Positions 16,186-24,985 of a stretch of DNA of 37,113 bases are shown here, one piece after another. The position numbers were made by a program, and so were the translations under genes. This DNA is from a virus (Duplodnaviria; Caudoviricetes). The notes beneath the pieces were generated by a model. It worked only from the letters and a program-made list of their open reading frames with translations, was not told where the DNA came from and did not search any database. Position 1 is the first letter of the stretch. Every line of letters begins with the position of its first letter. The stretch is taken from the IMG/VR virus record IMGVR_UViG_3300011335_000318, positions 1-37,113 of that record; one strand, 5' to 3'.

Positions 16186-16223
16186 CCCGAGCTTTTCTCT
16201 ACTCCCTCGAAAGGATCTAAAAG

Positions 16224-16703
16224 ATGGCGCGGTTTCTTGGAATTGACCCCGGGTTCTCCGGGGGTCTCGCACTGATCGAGACCAGAGAAGGCGCGCCCCC
16301 GGTATTCATCGCAGGGACGCGCACGCCGATCATCAAGAACCGGGGAAAGAGCATGATCGACGCGCGCGACTTGCTCGTCTGGCTGACGGATCTTGGCAAG
16401 ATCGACCAAGCGGTCGTTGAGCAGGTCGGGACGCGCCCGGGGCAGGGGATCGTCTCGGCGTTCAGCTTCGGGCGGGCAACCGGCGCGGTCGAGGCGCTGG
16501 CGCACCTGATGGCCGAGACGGTGACGTGGACGACCCCGGCAGTCTGGAAGCGCGACCTCGGGCTCGGGTCTGACAAGCGCGAGAGCCTCGACCTATGCCG
16601 GCTCCGCTTCGGGCTCCCGTTCAGCGCGCGGTTTAAGGCGCTGGCAGACGACGGAGTGGCGGAGGCGGCTCTTTTGGCGTATCATGCGGCAGGATACCGG
16701 TGA
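16224..16703 (+). CDS. RuvC-like Holliday junction resolvase
   Basis: LGIDPG, VVEQV, FSFG...G, PAVWK and DGVAEAALLA. Confidence 0.88.
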   Translation: MARFLGIDPGFSGGLALIETREGAPPVFIAGTRTPIIKNRGKSMIDARDLLVWLTDLGKIDQAVVEQVGTRPGQGIVSAFSFGRATGAVEALAHLMAETVTWTTPAVWKRDLGLGSDKRESLDLCRLRFGLPFSARFKALADDGVAEAALLAYHAAGYR

Positions 16704-16711
16704 GGGACATC

Positions 16712-17197
16712 ATGGCAGACATCAAGACCCAACTCTTGCGCAAGAAGACCGGCCCCAAGGGGCCGAGCAAACCGCTCGAGGATCTCGAGGTCGTGATCGA
16801 GATGATCAAGATCCAGTGCACGAAGCTCGAGATCTGCGCGGTGCTGGGCATCTCCGAGGACACGCTGACCCGGCGGATCCGCGAGCAGGGCATCGAGGGC
16901 GTCGCAAATTTTGCGGACCTATATGAAAAGCACTCGCACGAGGGCAAGGCGTCGCTGCGACGCGCCCAGTGGAAGGCGGCGCATAACGGCAACGTCACGA
17001 TGCAGATCTGGCTGGGCAAGCAGATGCTCGGGCAGCGCGATCAGCTCCGGCAACAGATCGAGGTCACCGGCGCAGGCGGAGGTCCGGTGCAGACGGTGGA
17101 CTACACGCAGCTCTCAACCGAAGCTCTCCTCGAGATCCAGAAGGCGATGACGAATGCAGCTCCCGAAGATCACGACGGCGGACCGAGACTTAATTGA
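16712..17197 (+). CDS. terS: Terminase small subunit (HTH; start 16700 or 16712)
   Basis: EICAVLGISEDTL HTH, GKASLRRAQW, MQIWLGKQMLGQRD and EVTGAGGGPV. Directly upstream of TerL. Confidence 0.85.
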   Translation: MADIKTQLLRKKTGPKGPSKPLEDLEVVIEMIKIQCTKLEICAVLGISEDTLTRRIREQGIEGVANFADLYEKHSHEGKASLRRAQWKAAHNGNVTMQIWLGKQMLGQRDQLRQQIEVTGAGGGPVQTVDYTQLSTEALLEIQKAMTNAAPEDHDGGPRLN

Positions 17198-18623
17198 GGC
17201 GGAGCTATGCCGGCGCTCGGTGCTCTACTTCGCCCAGACGTTTTGGCCGGTGCTTGAGCCCGGTAGGCAGCTCGTCACCGGGTGGCCGATCGAGGCGATC
17301 GCAGAGCACCTCGAGGCCGTCACCCGGGGCGAGATCCGGAAGCTCCTGATCACGGTCCCGCCCGGGTCGATGAAGTCGCTCCTCACGCGCGCATTCTGGC
17401 CGTCTTGGAGCTGGATCTCGGGGCCGTCGCTCCGGTATATCGGCGCGTCCTACGCCGAGGCGCTCGCAGCGCGCGACAACCGGCGCGCCAAGATGATCGT
17501 CGAGAGCCCGCTCTATCAGCGGCTCTTCCCGCACGTCCGCCTCTCTGACGATCAAGCGCAGAAGGTCAATTTCGCGAACACCTCGACCGGGTCAATGATG
17601 GCGACCTCGGTCCGGGGACGCGCGACCGGGGAGCGCGGCGATGTTTTTGTGATCGACGACCCGCACAACGTGCTCGAGGCCGAGAGCGACGCGATCAGGG
17701 GCGAGACGCTGCAATGGTTCCGAGAGGTCGTCCCGAGCCGGGTCAACGATCTGGACCGCAGCTCGTTCGTTTGCATCATGCAGCGCGTGCATCACGAGGA
17801 CGTCGCCGCAGCGGCCATAGAGCAGGGCTACGAGCACCTCTTGATCCCAATGCACCATGACCCCAGCCGAGCGCGCACGACCTCGATTGGGTGGCAGGAT
17901 CCGCGCACAGAGCCCGGCGAATTGATGTGGCCGGCGCGCTTCTCGGCGCGCGCCGTGGCAGAGCTCGAGACGACGCTCGGGATCTATGCCGCCTCGGCGC
18001 AGCTCGAGCAGCGCCCGACGCCGCGAGAGGGCGGTCTATTCAAGGCCGACCGGATCTCGACGCTCGACGCCGTGCCGCACGGCGAGGAGATCACCTGGTG
18101 CAGGGCGTGGGATCTGGCAGCGACTGACGGAGGCGGTGCTTACACCGCAGGCGTGCTCGTCGGGTGGCGCGTGGCAGCGCGCCGGGTGATCATTGCCGGC
18201 GTCCGCCGGGAGCGCGTCGGACCCGAGGGCGTGCGCAAACTGATCGAGGACACCGCCGGGATCGACGGCGACGACATCCCGATCTCGATCCCGCAGGATC
18301 CCGGGCAGGCAGGCAAGGCGCAAGCGCGCGACTTCATTGTCCGCTTGGCCGGTTATCGCGTGCGGATCGAGCCGCAGACCGGATCCAAAGAGACCCGGGC
18401 AGAGCCGTTCGCGGCGCAGGTCGAGGCCGGGAACGTCGACGTCGTCGCCGGTCCTTGGAACCGGGACTTCATAGAAGAGCTTCGACATTTCCCTCGGGGA
18501 GTGTATAAGGATCAAGTGGACGCGGCGAGCTCGGCATTCAATGCCGTTGCACCTAAGCGTCAGAAAAAGACCGGTCTTTTTGTGGTCGGTGATCATGTGG
18601 GCAACAAGGCGAGGCCGGGCTGA
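17154..18623 (+). CDS. terL: Terminase large subunit
   Basis: VPPGSMKS Walker A, VIDDP Walker B, MQRVH, and nuclease motifs AWDLA and DQVDA. Confidence 0.95.
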   Translation: MQLPKITTADRDLIEAELCRRSVLYFAQTFWPVLEPGRQLVTGWPIEAIAEHLEAVTRGEIRKLLITVPPGSMKSLLTRAFWPSWSWISGPSLRYIGASYAEALAARDNRRAKMIVESPLYQRLFPHVRLSDDQAQKVNFANTSTGSMMATSVRGRATGERGDVFVIDDPHNVLEAESDAIRGETLQWFREVVPSRVNDLDRSSFVCIMQRVHHEDVAAAAIEQGYEHLLIPMHHDPSRARTTSIGWQDPRTEPGELMWPARFSARAVAELETTLGIYAASAQLEQRPTPREGGLFKADRISTLDAVPHGEEITWCRAWDLAATDGGGAYTAGVLVGWRVAARRVIIAGVRRERVGPEGVRKLIEDTAGIDGDDIPISIPQDPGQAGKAQARDFIVRLAGYRVRIEPQTGSKETRAEPFAAQVEAGNVDVVAGPWNRDFIEELRHFPRGVYKDQVDAASSAFNAVAPKRQKKTGLFVVGDHVGNKARPG

Positions 18624-19987
18624 TGGCGAAAGCACCAATTAAGGCGACAGCGACGCGCGAGATGGGGGCGGCGGGATCCTACGGGATGAACGACCAGCTC
18701 CGCCCGGACGAGTTTCTCCCGAAGCTGCGAGGGCTCAACGCGACGCGGACATTCCGCGAGATGAAGGATAATGATCCGGTGATCGGCGCGATCTTGATGG
18801 CATTCGAGATGCTGCTCCGGGCGGCAGAGTTCCGGGTCGAGGCGGCGGACGACAGTCCCGAGGCAAAAGATGCGCAGATCTTTGTCGAGCAGTGCTTCGC
18901 CGACATGGAGGGCACGGTCGACGACTTCATCGCCGAGGTGCTGACCTTCCTCCCGTTCGGCTTCTCGGTCTTCGAGGTCGTCTACAAGATCCGTGGCGGG
19001 CGCAGCACCGACGACACGATGCAGTATTCGCAGTTCGAAGATGGTCGATATGGGATCCACAAGCTCGCGCCGCGCGCCCAGTGGACGATCGACCGCTTCC
19101 TGACAGACGCGAACGGCGCGATCACCGGCGTGCGGCAGACCGCGATGACGCTCAAGACCGGCGCGGTCGACATCCCAATCGAGAATATCCTGCACTTCCG
19201 CACGTCGACGATCAACAACGACCCGAGCGGTCGCTCGATCCTGCGCAATGCCTTCACCTCGTATCACTATGCGTCGCATATTCAGATGATCGAGGCGATC
19301 GCGGTCGAGCGCGAGATGAACGGGATCCCGGTCGGGCGCATCCCGTCCGAATATCTGGCCGAGAACGCGACGCCGGCTCAGCAAGCATTCGCGAACGCCT
19401 TCAAGAAGATCCTGCGCGACGTCAAGTTCAACGATCAGGGGTTCGTGCTGCTCCCGTCGGACGTCTATGAAAACGACGACGGATCCAAGACCGCGATCCC
19501 GATGGTGCAGTTCGACCTCGTGACCGCCAAGGGAACGCGCGCGATCCCGACCGGGGACGTGATCCTGCGACACCAGCAGAACATTGCGCGGTCGGTGCTC
19601 GCGGACTTCTTGATGCTCGGCAGCGGCGACAAGGGGTCGTTCGCGCTCTCCAAGAGCAAGACCGACCTCTTCCTCGCGGCAGCGGCGGGCTACACCGAGG
19701 CGATCTCGTCGGTGCTCAACCGGCAGCTCATGACCCGGCTTTGGGAGCTCAACGGGCTCGACCCGCTTTTGATGCCGTCGATCTCGTTCGGCGACATCGC
19801 GCCGGTGGATCTGGCCGAGCTGGGCGCATTCGTGCGCGACATCGCGGGCGCTGGGATGCCGCTATTCCCAGACGACGACACAGAGAACACAATCCGGCGC
19901 GCCGCTGGGTTCCCCGAGAAGACCGCTGACCCAGACATGATGGGGACAGCACCGCCTCAACCGATCGACACCGGAGTGCCAGAATGA
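18623..19987 (+). CDS. Portal protein (DUF935 / Mu gp29-like)
   Basis: Follows TerL. FGFSVFEVVY, NDPSGRSILR and GSFALS motifs, 454 aa. Confidence 0.9.
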   Translation: MAKAPIKATATREMGAAGSYGMNDQLRPDEFLPKLRGLNATRTFREMKDNDPVIGAILMAFEMLLRAAEFRVEAADDSPEAKDAQIFVEQCFADMEGTVDDFIAEVLTFLPFGFSVFEVVYKIRGGRSTDDTMQYSQFEDGRYGIHKLAPRAQWTIDRFLTDANGAITGVRQTAMTLKTGAVDIPIENILHFRTSTINNDPSGRSILRNAFTSYHYASHIQMIEAIAVEREMNGIPVGRIPSEYLAENATPAQQAFANAFKKILRDVKFNDQGFVLLPSDVYENDDGSKTAIPMVQFDLVTAKGTRAIPTGDVILRHQQNIARSVLADFLMLGSGDKGSFALSKSKTDLFLAAAAGYTEAISSVLNRQLMTRLWELNGLDPLLMPSISFGDIAPVDLAELGAFVRDIAGAGMPLFPDDDTENTIRRAAGFPEKTADPDMMGTAPPQPIDTGVPE

Positions 19988-20370
19988 AGATCCAAGTCTA
20001 CCCTCGCAACATCGAGATCGAAGTCGACACCGCAGACATCTACGCGATCGAGGCGTCGATGTCCGCGATGACCCTGATCGTGCACGTCCCGGGCTTGCAG
20101 ATCCCGGCGATCAATGTGTTCGCGCTGACCGACACCGACGTATTCAAGCTCGACTTCATCGAGATGAGCGACGCGCGGTGGATCCGCCCGTCGAAGATCT
20201 CCTCGATGCAGCGGTGGGGCGAGGATTATGTGCGCGTTGTGCTCGACGGCGTGCGCCAAGCGTTTGATCTATTCCCCGGCGACCGACCACTGCGCGCCGT
20301 TTACAAGGACTTCCGGGCGAAGCTCCCCCTCGGCGCGCCGTCGTTCGACGAGCTGGATGTCGCCGCATGA
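19984..20370 (+). CDS. Hypothetical protein (128 aa)
   Basis: ATGA-coupled to portal and MuF genes, GGAG RBS, typical codons. Confidence 0.75.
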   Translation: MKIQVYPRNIEIEVDTADIYAIEASMSAMTLIVHVPGLQIPAINVFALTDTDVFKLDFIEMSDARWIRPSKISSMQRWGEDYVRVVLDGVRQAFDLFPGDRPLRAVYKDFRAKLPLGAPSFDELDVAA

Positions 20371-22247
20371 TGATCGAGATCCGCAAGGTGACCGCCTCGG
20401 ATGCGGTGGCGCTCTTCTTGCGGGCATCCGAGGGCATGGATCCCAAGATCGCGGCGGCGTTCATCCAAGCGATCGAGACGATCCGCGTCCGCGTGCCAGC
20501 AGAGAAGATCGCGCAGCTCCTCGAGCGCCGAGACTACACCTCGCTCGAGAACGCCTTCGCGGGACATTTCACCTCGACCGAGTGGCAACCCTACGGCAAA
20601 GCGATCGAGCAGGCCGTGCTTGCCGGGGTCAAGGTGACCAGCGAGACGCAGGGCGTGATCAACGGCGCGCAAGAGGACTTCGAGATCCGCGTCGGGCTCA
20701 ACCCGCGCCTCGCGCAGTTCGCCCAGACCATGACCTCGACCCGGATCCGCGAGATCGACCAGACGACGCGCGACACGATCCGGCAGGTCATACAATCCGG
20801 CACGACCGCAGGCGATGACCCATTCGCGATCGCGCGCCGGATCCGTGGCTCGATCGGGCTGACGCAGCGCCAAGAGGCGGCGGTCAACAATTATGAGCGG
20901 ATGCTGCGCGCGCTGGACCCGACCGCGCTCGAGCGTAAGCTCCGAGACCGACGCAGCGATCCAACCGTCGCGCGCGCGATCGCCAACGACAAGGCGCTGA
21001 CCGACGCGCAGATCCGATCGCTGGTCGACCGGTATCGCGACCGCTATGTCAAATATCGGGCGAACGTGATCGGGCGCACCGAGAGCATCCGGGCCGTGCA
21101 GGGCGCGCAGTGGGAGCTCTTTCAGGACATGATCAACAAGGGGCAGATCGACGCCCGGCAAGTCCGCAGGACGTGGATCCACACCGGCGACGACAAAGTC
21201 CGCAACGCGCACGTCCAGATCCCCGGGCTAAACCCGCGCGGCGTCGGGCAGTCTGAGAGCTTCACGAGCCCGCTCGGGCCGATCCTCTACCCCGGGGATC
21301 CGAGCGCGCTCGCCGCGAATACCATCCAATGCCGGTGCGCGGTCTTCGCGCGCATCATCTCCCGCGATCTCCTACCCGGATCCGCTGGGCCGGCGGTCGC
21401 GCCGCCTCGCCCAGCGCCTCCCCCGGTCGCTCCGCCCCCGCCTCCACCAGCACCCGCGCCGCAAGTCTTCGCCTATGAGAGTTATAAACCGCTCAAAACG
21501 CTGGACAAAATAGAGGATTATGTAAAGTCAAGCGGGATCGCCGGAAAAGTGAGCCTCAAAGGCACGACCTTAGCGGCGCTCAACGTCGCGCTCCCCGCGA
21601 TGCAAGCAGTCGTCGAGCGGTTCGGGCTCAAGCCGCTGGCAGCGTTCGGTAATGTGAAGCGGTTTTACGCCTCGACCAGAGGACCGAAGAACGCGCTCGC
21701 CGCGATCTACTCGGGGATCTCGGACGCGCAAACTGGGAACAAAGGGCTCTTTCACATCCCGACCTCGGGCTTCGGGCAGGGCGCGGAGAAGTGGGCAGCG
21801 ATCAGCAAGAAGAACACCGAGTATTATCGGAAACAGCGGGAGAGCACCCTATCAAACCCGGCAGCGGGGGTCGTGATAGACCCGCGCGTGCGCGACCTGG
21901 TCCGGCAGATGGAAGCAGCGGGCGGACCGCCCTATAACTGGACGGTCGATGTCACATCGAGCGACAACGAAGAGACAACCCGGTCGACGGTCTTCCATGA
22001 ATACGGGCACGTCATCCATCTGACCGACAACCGGATCGGCGCGGAGCTGAATGCGTTTCTTTTACAAGAGAGGCCCCGGCAAACCGGGTGGGAGCTGCTC
22101 GTCTCGGTTTACGGCAACACAAACGACAAAGAATATATCGCCGAGACATTCGCCATCTACATGGGAATGCCGGAAAGTGAGCACTATCGGATCCACCCCG
22201 CATTGCTGGCGATCTACCGCAAACTGGACAAGAAGGTGACACCATGA
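20367..22247 (+). CDS. MuF / SPP1 gp7-like minor head protein with a C-terminal zincin metallopeptidase domain
   Basis: RANVIGRTE, W....D.KVR.AH, YPGDP and IQCRC (MuF), then a Pro-rich linker, then FHEYGHVIH...SVYG.TN..EYIAETF. Confidence 0.88.
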   Translation: MMIEIRKVTASDAVALFLRASEGMDPKIAAAFIQAIETIRVRVPAEKIAQLLERRDYTSLENAFAGHFTSTEWQPYGKAIEQAVLAGVKVTSETQGVINGAQEDFEIRVGLNPRLAQFAQTMTSTRIREIDQTTRDTIRQVIQSGTTAGDDPFAIARRIRGSIGLTQRQEAAVNNYERMLRALDPTALERKLRDRRSDPTVARAIANDKALTDAQIRSLVDRYRDRYVKYRANVIGRTESIRAVQGAQWELFQDMINKGQIDARQVRRTWIHTGDDKVRNAHVQIPGLNPRGVGQSESFTSPLGPILYPGDPSALAANTIQCRCAVFARIISRDLLPGSAGPAVAPPRPAPPPVAPPPPPPAPAPQVFAYESYKPLKTLDKIEDYVKSSGIAGKVSLKGTTLAALNVALPAMQAVVERFGLKPLAAFGNVKRFYASTRGPKNALAAIYSGISDAQTGNKGLFHIPTSGFGQGAEKWAAISKKNTEYYRKQRESTLSNPAAGVVIDPRVRDLVRQMEAAGGPPYNWTVDVTSSDNEETTRSTVFHEYGHVIHLTDNRIGAELNAFLLQERPRQTGWELLVSVYGNTNDKEYIAETFAIYMGMPESEHYRIHPALLAIYRKLDKKVTP

Positions 22248-22417
22248 CGTATCAAGAGCTCACGGCGCATATCTTTGCTCTACCGGCTAACCAACGCGAG
22301 GCAGCGGCGGACGAGCTGCTCAAGTCATACAATGAGCCCGACAAGGCGCTGGTCGAGATCTACATATACGAGGCGATCGCGGCAGCGGATGATACCGCGC
22401 AGGTGTTTTTGCTATGA
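22244..22417 (+). CDS. Small acidic protein, candidate immunity/inhibitor (57 aa, not in ORF track)
   Basis: MTYQELTAHIFALPANQREAAADELLKSYNEPDKALVEIYIYEAIAAADDTAQVFLL. ATGA overlap at both ends, AAGG RBS. Confidence 0.7.
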   Translation: MTYQELTAHIFALPANQREAAADELLKSYNEPDKALVEIYIYEAIAAADDTAQVFLL

Positions 22418-23247
22418 CGACCAACGGTTACACCAAGACGATCCTCCCGGCGCGGGATTGGAACGAGCGGATCTGGCGGATGATGCTCGGAGAGCAGGTC
22501 GAGATCGCGCGCGGTCGCATGGATGGCGCGCACACAGTCGCGGTCACGGGGACGATCACGACCAGCGGAGCGGTCACCGAGATCATGGTCTGGCCGGGGT
22601 CAACCGTGAAGGATCCATCTGTCGCGCCGGAGAGCGGCGTGCAGATGACGATCGTCTCGACTAGCGCGCAGGACAGCGCCGCCGGGACAGGGATCCGGAC
22701 GCTGCGGTTCAATTACCTTGACGCAGATCTCAACCCACAGAGCGAGATCGTGGCGCTCAACGGCACAACGCCGGTGCTGACCATGGCGACAAATGTGCGC
22801 TGGGTCGGGGATCTGACCGGGCTGACCTTTGGGTCCGAGAAACACGCCGTTGGCGACATCACCGCCACGAACAGCGGGACGCGCTACAAGCTCCTCGATC
22901 TCGGCGCGCGCACTACGCGCAGCACCGCCTTTCGCGTCCCAGCAGGCAAGCGCCTAATCATTCACTCTATGTTTGCGGGCGCGTGCTCTGGCACAGCAGC
23001 GGCGAAGGTTCAGACGTCTTTTGTCGCGTCAATCGTCGGAAACCTCGACGGGACCGTGGACCGCTTCGAGGACGTCGGTCTGCTTTTAGAACAGGGGACG
23101 ATGGAGCTCCAAGACAATACAACGACGCTCGCAGATGGCGCGCTGGCGGCGATACCAGCCGGCGCAATCGTCGGATTTCGCGTCACAACGGACAAGTCGG
23201 CGACCATATCAGCGGGCTTTTATGGGTGGCTTGAAGATGTCGATTGA
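22414..23247 (+). CDS. Hypothetical beta-rich protein, probably virion-associated (277 aa)
   Basis: Thr/Gly/Ala-rich with an STSAQDSAAGTGIRT...LDA...SEIVALNGTT segment, in the head operon. Confidence 0.7.
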   Translation: MTTNGYTKTILPARDWNERIWRMMLGEQVEIARGRMDGAHTVAVTGTITTSGAVTEIMVWPGSTVKDPSVAPESGVQMTIVSTSAQDSAAGTGIRTLRFNYLDADLNPQSEIVALNGTTPVLTMATNVRWVGDLTGLTFGSEKHAVGDITATNSGTRYKLLDLGARTTRSTAFRVPAGKRLIIHSMFAGACSGTAAAKVQTSFVASIVGNLDGTVDRFEDVGLLLEQGTMELQDNTTTLADGALAAIPAGAIVGFRVTTDKSATISAGFYGWLEDVD

Positions 23248-23261
23248 GCGCGCGCAAAAAC

Positions 23262-23393
23262 TGGGAGGAGAGGACAGGTTTCCCTATAGTATTATCCTCT
23301 CCTCCCCTCCCTACCTTTCACCGGGTGGAACCCCAAGGGGAACCCTGCTATCGCAGGGATACCCCTCACGGGTTCTGGCCGATTTTGAACCAC
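23262..23393. repeat. Structured intergenic repeat, copy B
   Basis: Shares the 51-nt identical core with copy A. Second hairpin is conserved with a compensatory change. Confidence 0.92.
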
Positions 23394-23437
23394 GGCGCGA
23401 GACCTGTCCTCCCGCGTCCTATAAAAGGATCTGATCC

Positions 23438-24985
23438 ATGCCATACGACAGAAATGACGCGCTTCCGGATCCGGTCAAGCGCGTGCTTCCATCAGATAAG
23501 GCGCGCACGATCTGGCGCACCGTGTTCAACGACAGCATGACGCGCGGCTATGCGGAGGGCCGGTCGTTCGGCGCGGCATACGCTGCGATCGACAGCGCTG
23601 GGTTCAAGAAGGATCCGAAGAGCGGGATCTATCTCGAGAAGGGGATCGAGAAGGCCGCATATCAAGGGCGCGAGGTCGAGCTCGACCAACCGTTCCGACT
23701 TCCCGCCGGCGCGAGCAAGAAGTTCGGCGTCTATGTCAAAGCCGGGGACAAGGTGACGAAGGTCACGTTCGGCGACCCAAAGATGGAGATCCGCCGGGAC
23801 GACCCAAAAGCGCGCGCCGATTTCCGTGCGCGGCACTCGTGCGATACCGCAACGGACAAGACATCGGCGCGTTACTGGTCGTGCAAGATGTGGGAAAGTG
23901 GAACCTCAGTCTCGGAGATGACGAAGATGGAACATATCAACAAGACCGGCGTCCCAGCGCTCAATGAGGCGACAAACACCGAGATCCTCAACCGGATGAT
24001 CGAGTTCTGGAACCTCGGGCCACAGGTCGCATCGGCAGACCCAGCAGCAAACCCGGACTATTGGGCAAATATGGCGGCGATCTGGGCCGTGGACGTGCCA
24101 GAGGCGCGCCGACACCTATGCGCGAATTGCGAATATTTCGATGATACGCCGCAGGCGATGCAACAGATGGACGCAATCCCGTTCGGTCCGCTCGACGCAA
24201 ATGGCGGCGGGCGCGGTTATTGCCATAAGTTCGACTTTGTCTGCCACAATCTGCGCACCTGCCAAGCGTGGGAGGAGCGCGAATATTGGTCAGACGAGAT
24301 CAAACCATACGAAGCAGGCGCAATGATCGGCAAGCGGCAGATCTCAGAGGACGTCTTCACAACGGCGATCGAGGCCGTGCAGCGCGCCCAGCAGCTCGGA
24401 CTTGGGATGTCAGCTCACATCACACAAGCGCCCGATGGGCAGGCGTTCTATATGCCCGGCGCGACGCATGACGCATACCTCGAGCTCGTGCAGCGCAATG
24501 GCATGATCGCAGCCGACGGAGCCGAGGTCGACAACCCAGCGGCGGATCTGATCGAGAGCGTCGTCAGCGCGGCGATCGAGGCCGTGATCGGAGCAACGAT
24601 GGAGAAGCGCGCGGCGAAGATCATCAAGATCGACGACGAGGCGCGGATCGTTTGGGGATGGGCGTCGGTCGTCTCGATCGACGGAAAACCGATGATCGAC
24701 CGGCAGGGTGACATCATCTCGGCGGACGTGATGACCAAAGCCGCTGACCGCTTCATGGCCGACGTGCGCGTCGCCAAGGCCATGCATGAGGGCGGTCAGA
24801 TCGGGGAGGTGATCCACTCATTCCCGCTCACAAAGGCGCTGGGGGAGGCGCTGGGCGTGCACTCCGCGCTCGAGGGATGGATCGTGGCTATGAAAGTGCA
24901 CGACGATAGTGTATGGAATAGGGTGAAGAGCGGCGAGCTTGCCGCATTCTCCATCGGGGGCATAGGAAAACGCAATGCCGTATGA
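23438..24985 (+). CDS. Multidomain protein ending in an XkdF-like prohead serine protease domain
   Basis: N-terminal ChaB-like MPY....LPDPVK, then FGDP...FRARHSC...YWSC, then CANC...YC...C...C. C-terminal VWGWA, DRQGD, MH, GWI and VKSGELAAFSIGG. Confidence 0.85.
   Translation: MPYDRNDALPDPVKRVLPSDKARTIWRTVFNDSMTRGYAEGRSFGAAYAAIDSAGFKKDPKSGIYLEKGIEKAAYQGREVELDQPFRLPAGASKKFGVYVKAGDKVTKVTFGDPKMEIRRDDPKARADFRARHSCDTATDKTSARYWSCKMWESGTSVSEMTKMEHINKTGVPALNEATNTEILNRMIEFWNLGPQVASADPAANPDYWANMAAIWAVDVPEARRHLCANCEYFDDTPQAMQQMDAIPFGPLDANGGGRGYCHKFDFVCHNLRTCQAWEEREYWSDEIKPYEAGAMIGKRQISEDVFTTAIEAVQRAQQLGLGMSAHITQAPDGQAFYMPGATHDAYLELVQRNGMIAADGAEVDNPAADLIESVVSAAIEAVIGATMEKRAAKIIKIDDEARIVWGWASVVSIDGKPMIDRQGDIISADVMTKAADRFMADVRVAKAMHEGGQIGEVIHSFPLTKALGEALGVHSALEGWIVAMKVHDDSVWNRVKSGELAAFSIGGIGKRNAV

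Noticed and set aside
16025-16246. 73-aa ORF, and ORFs 23135-23434 and 23244-23540, across the repeat element
   Set aside because: Similarity between the two copies is not kept in one reading frame and follows base-pairing instead, so these are likely incidental ORFs.
21390-21462. C-rich low-complexity tract as a DNA repeat or G-quadruplex element
   Set aside because: It is fully explained as the codons of the Pro-rich linker in MuF.
16052-23312. The two repeats as a CRISPR array or as ends of a 7.2-kb mobile element
   Set aside because: There are only two copies, far apart, enclosing essential terminase and portal genes, with no cas operon, transposase or recombinase.
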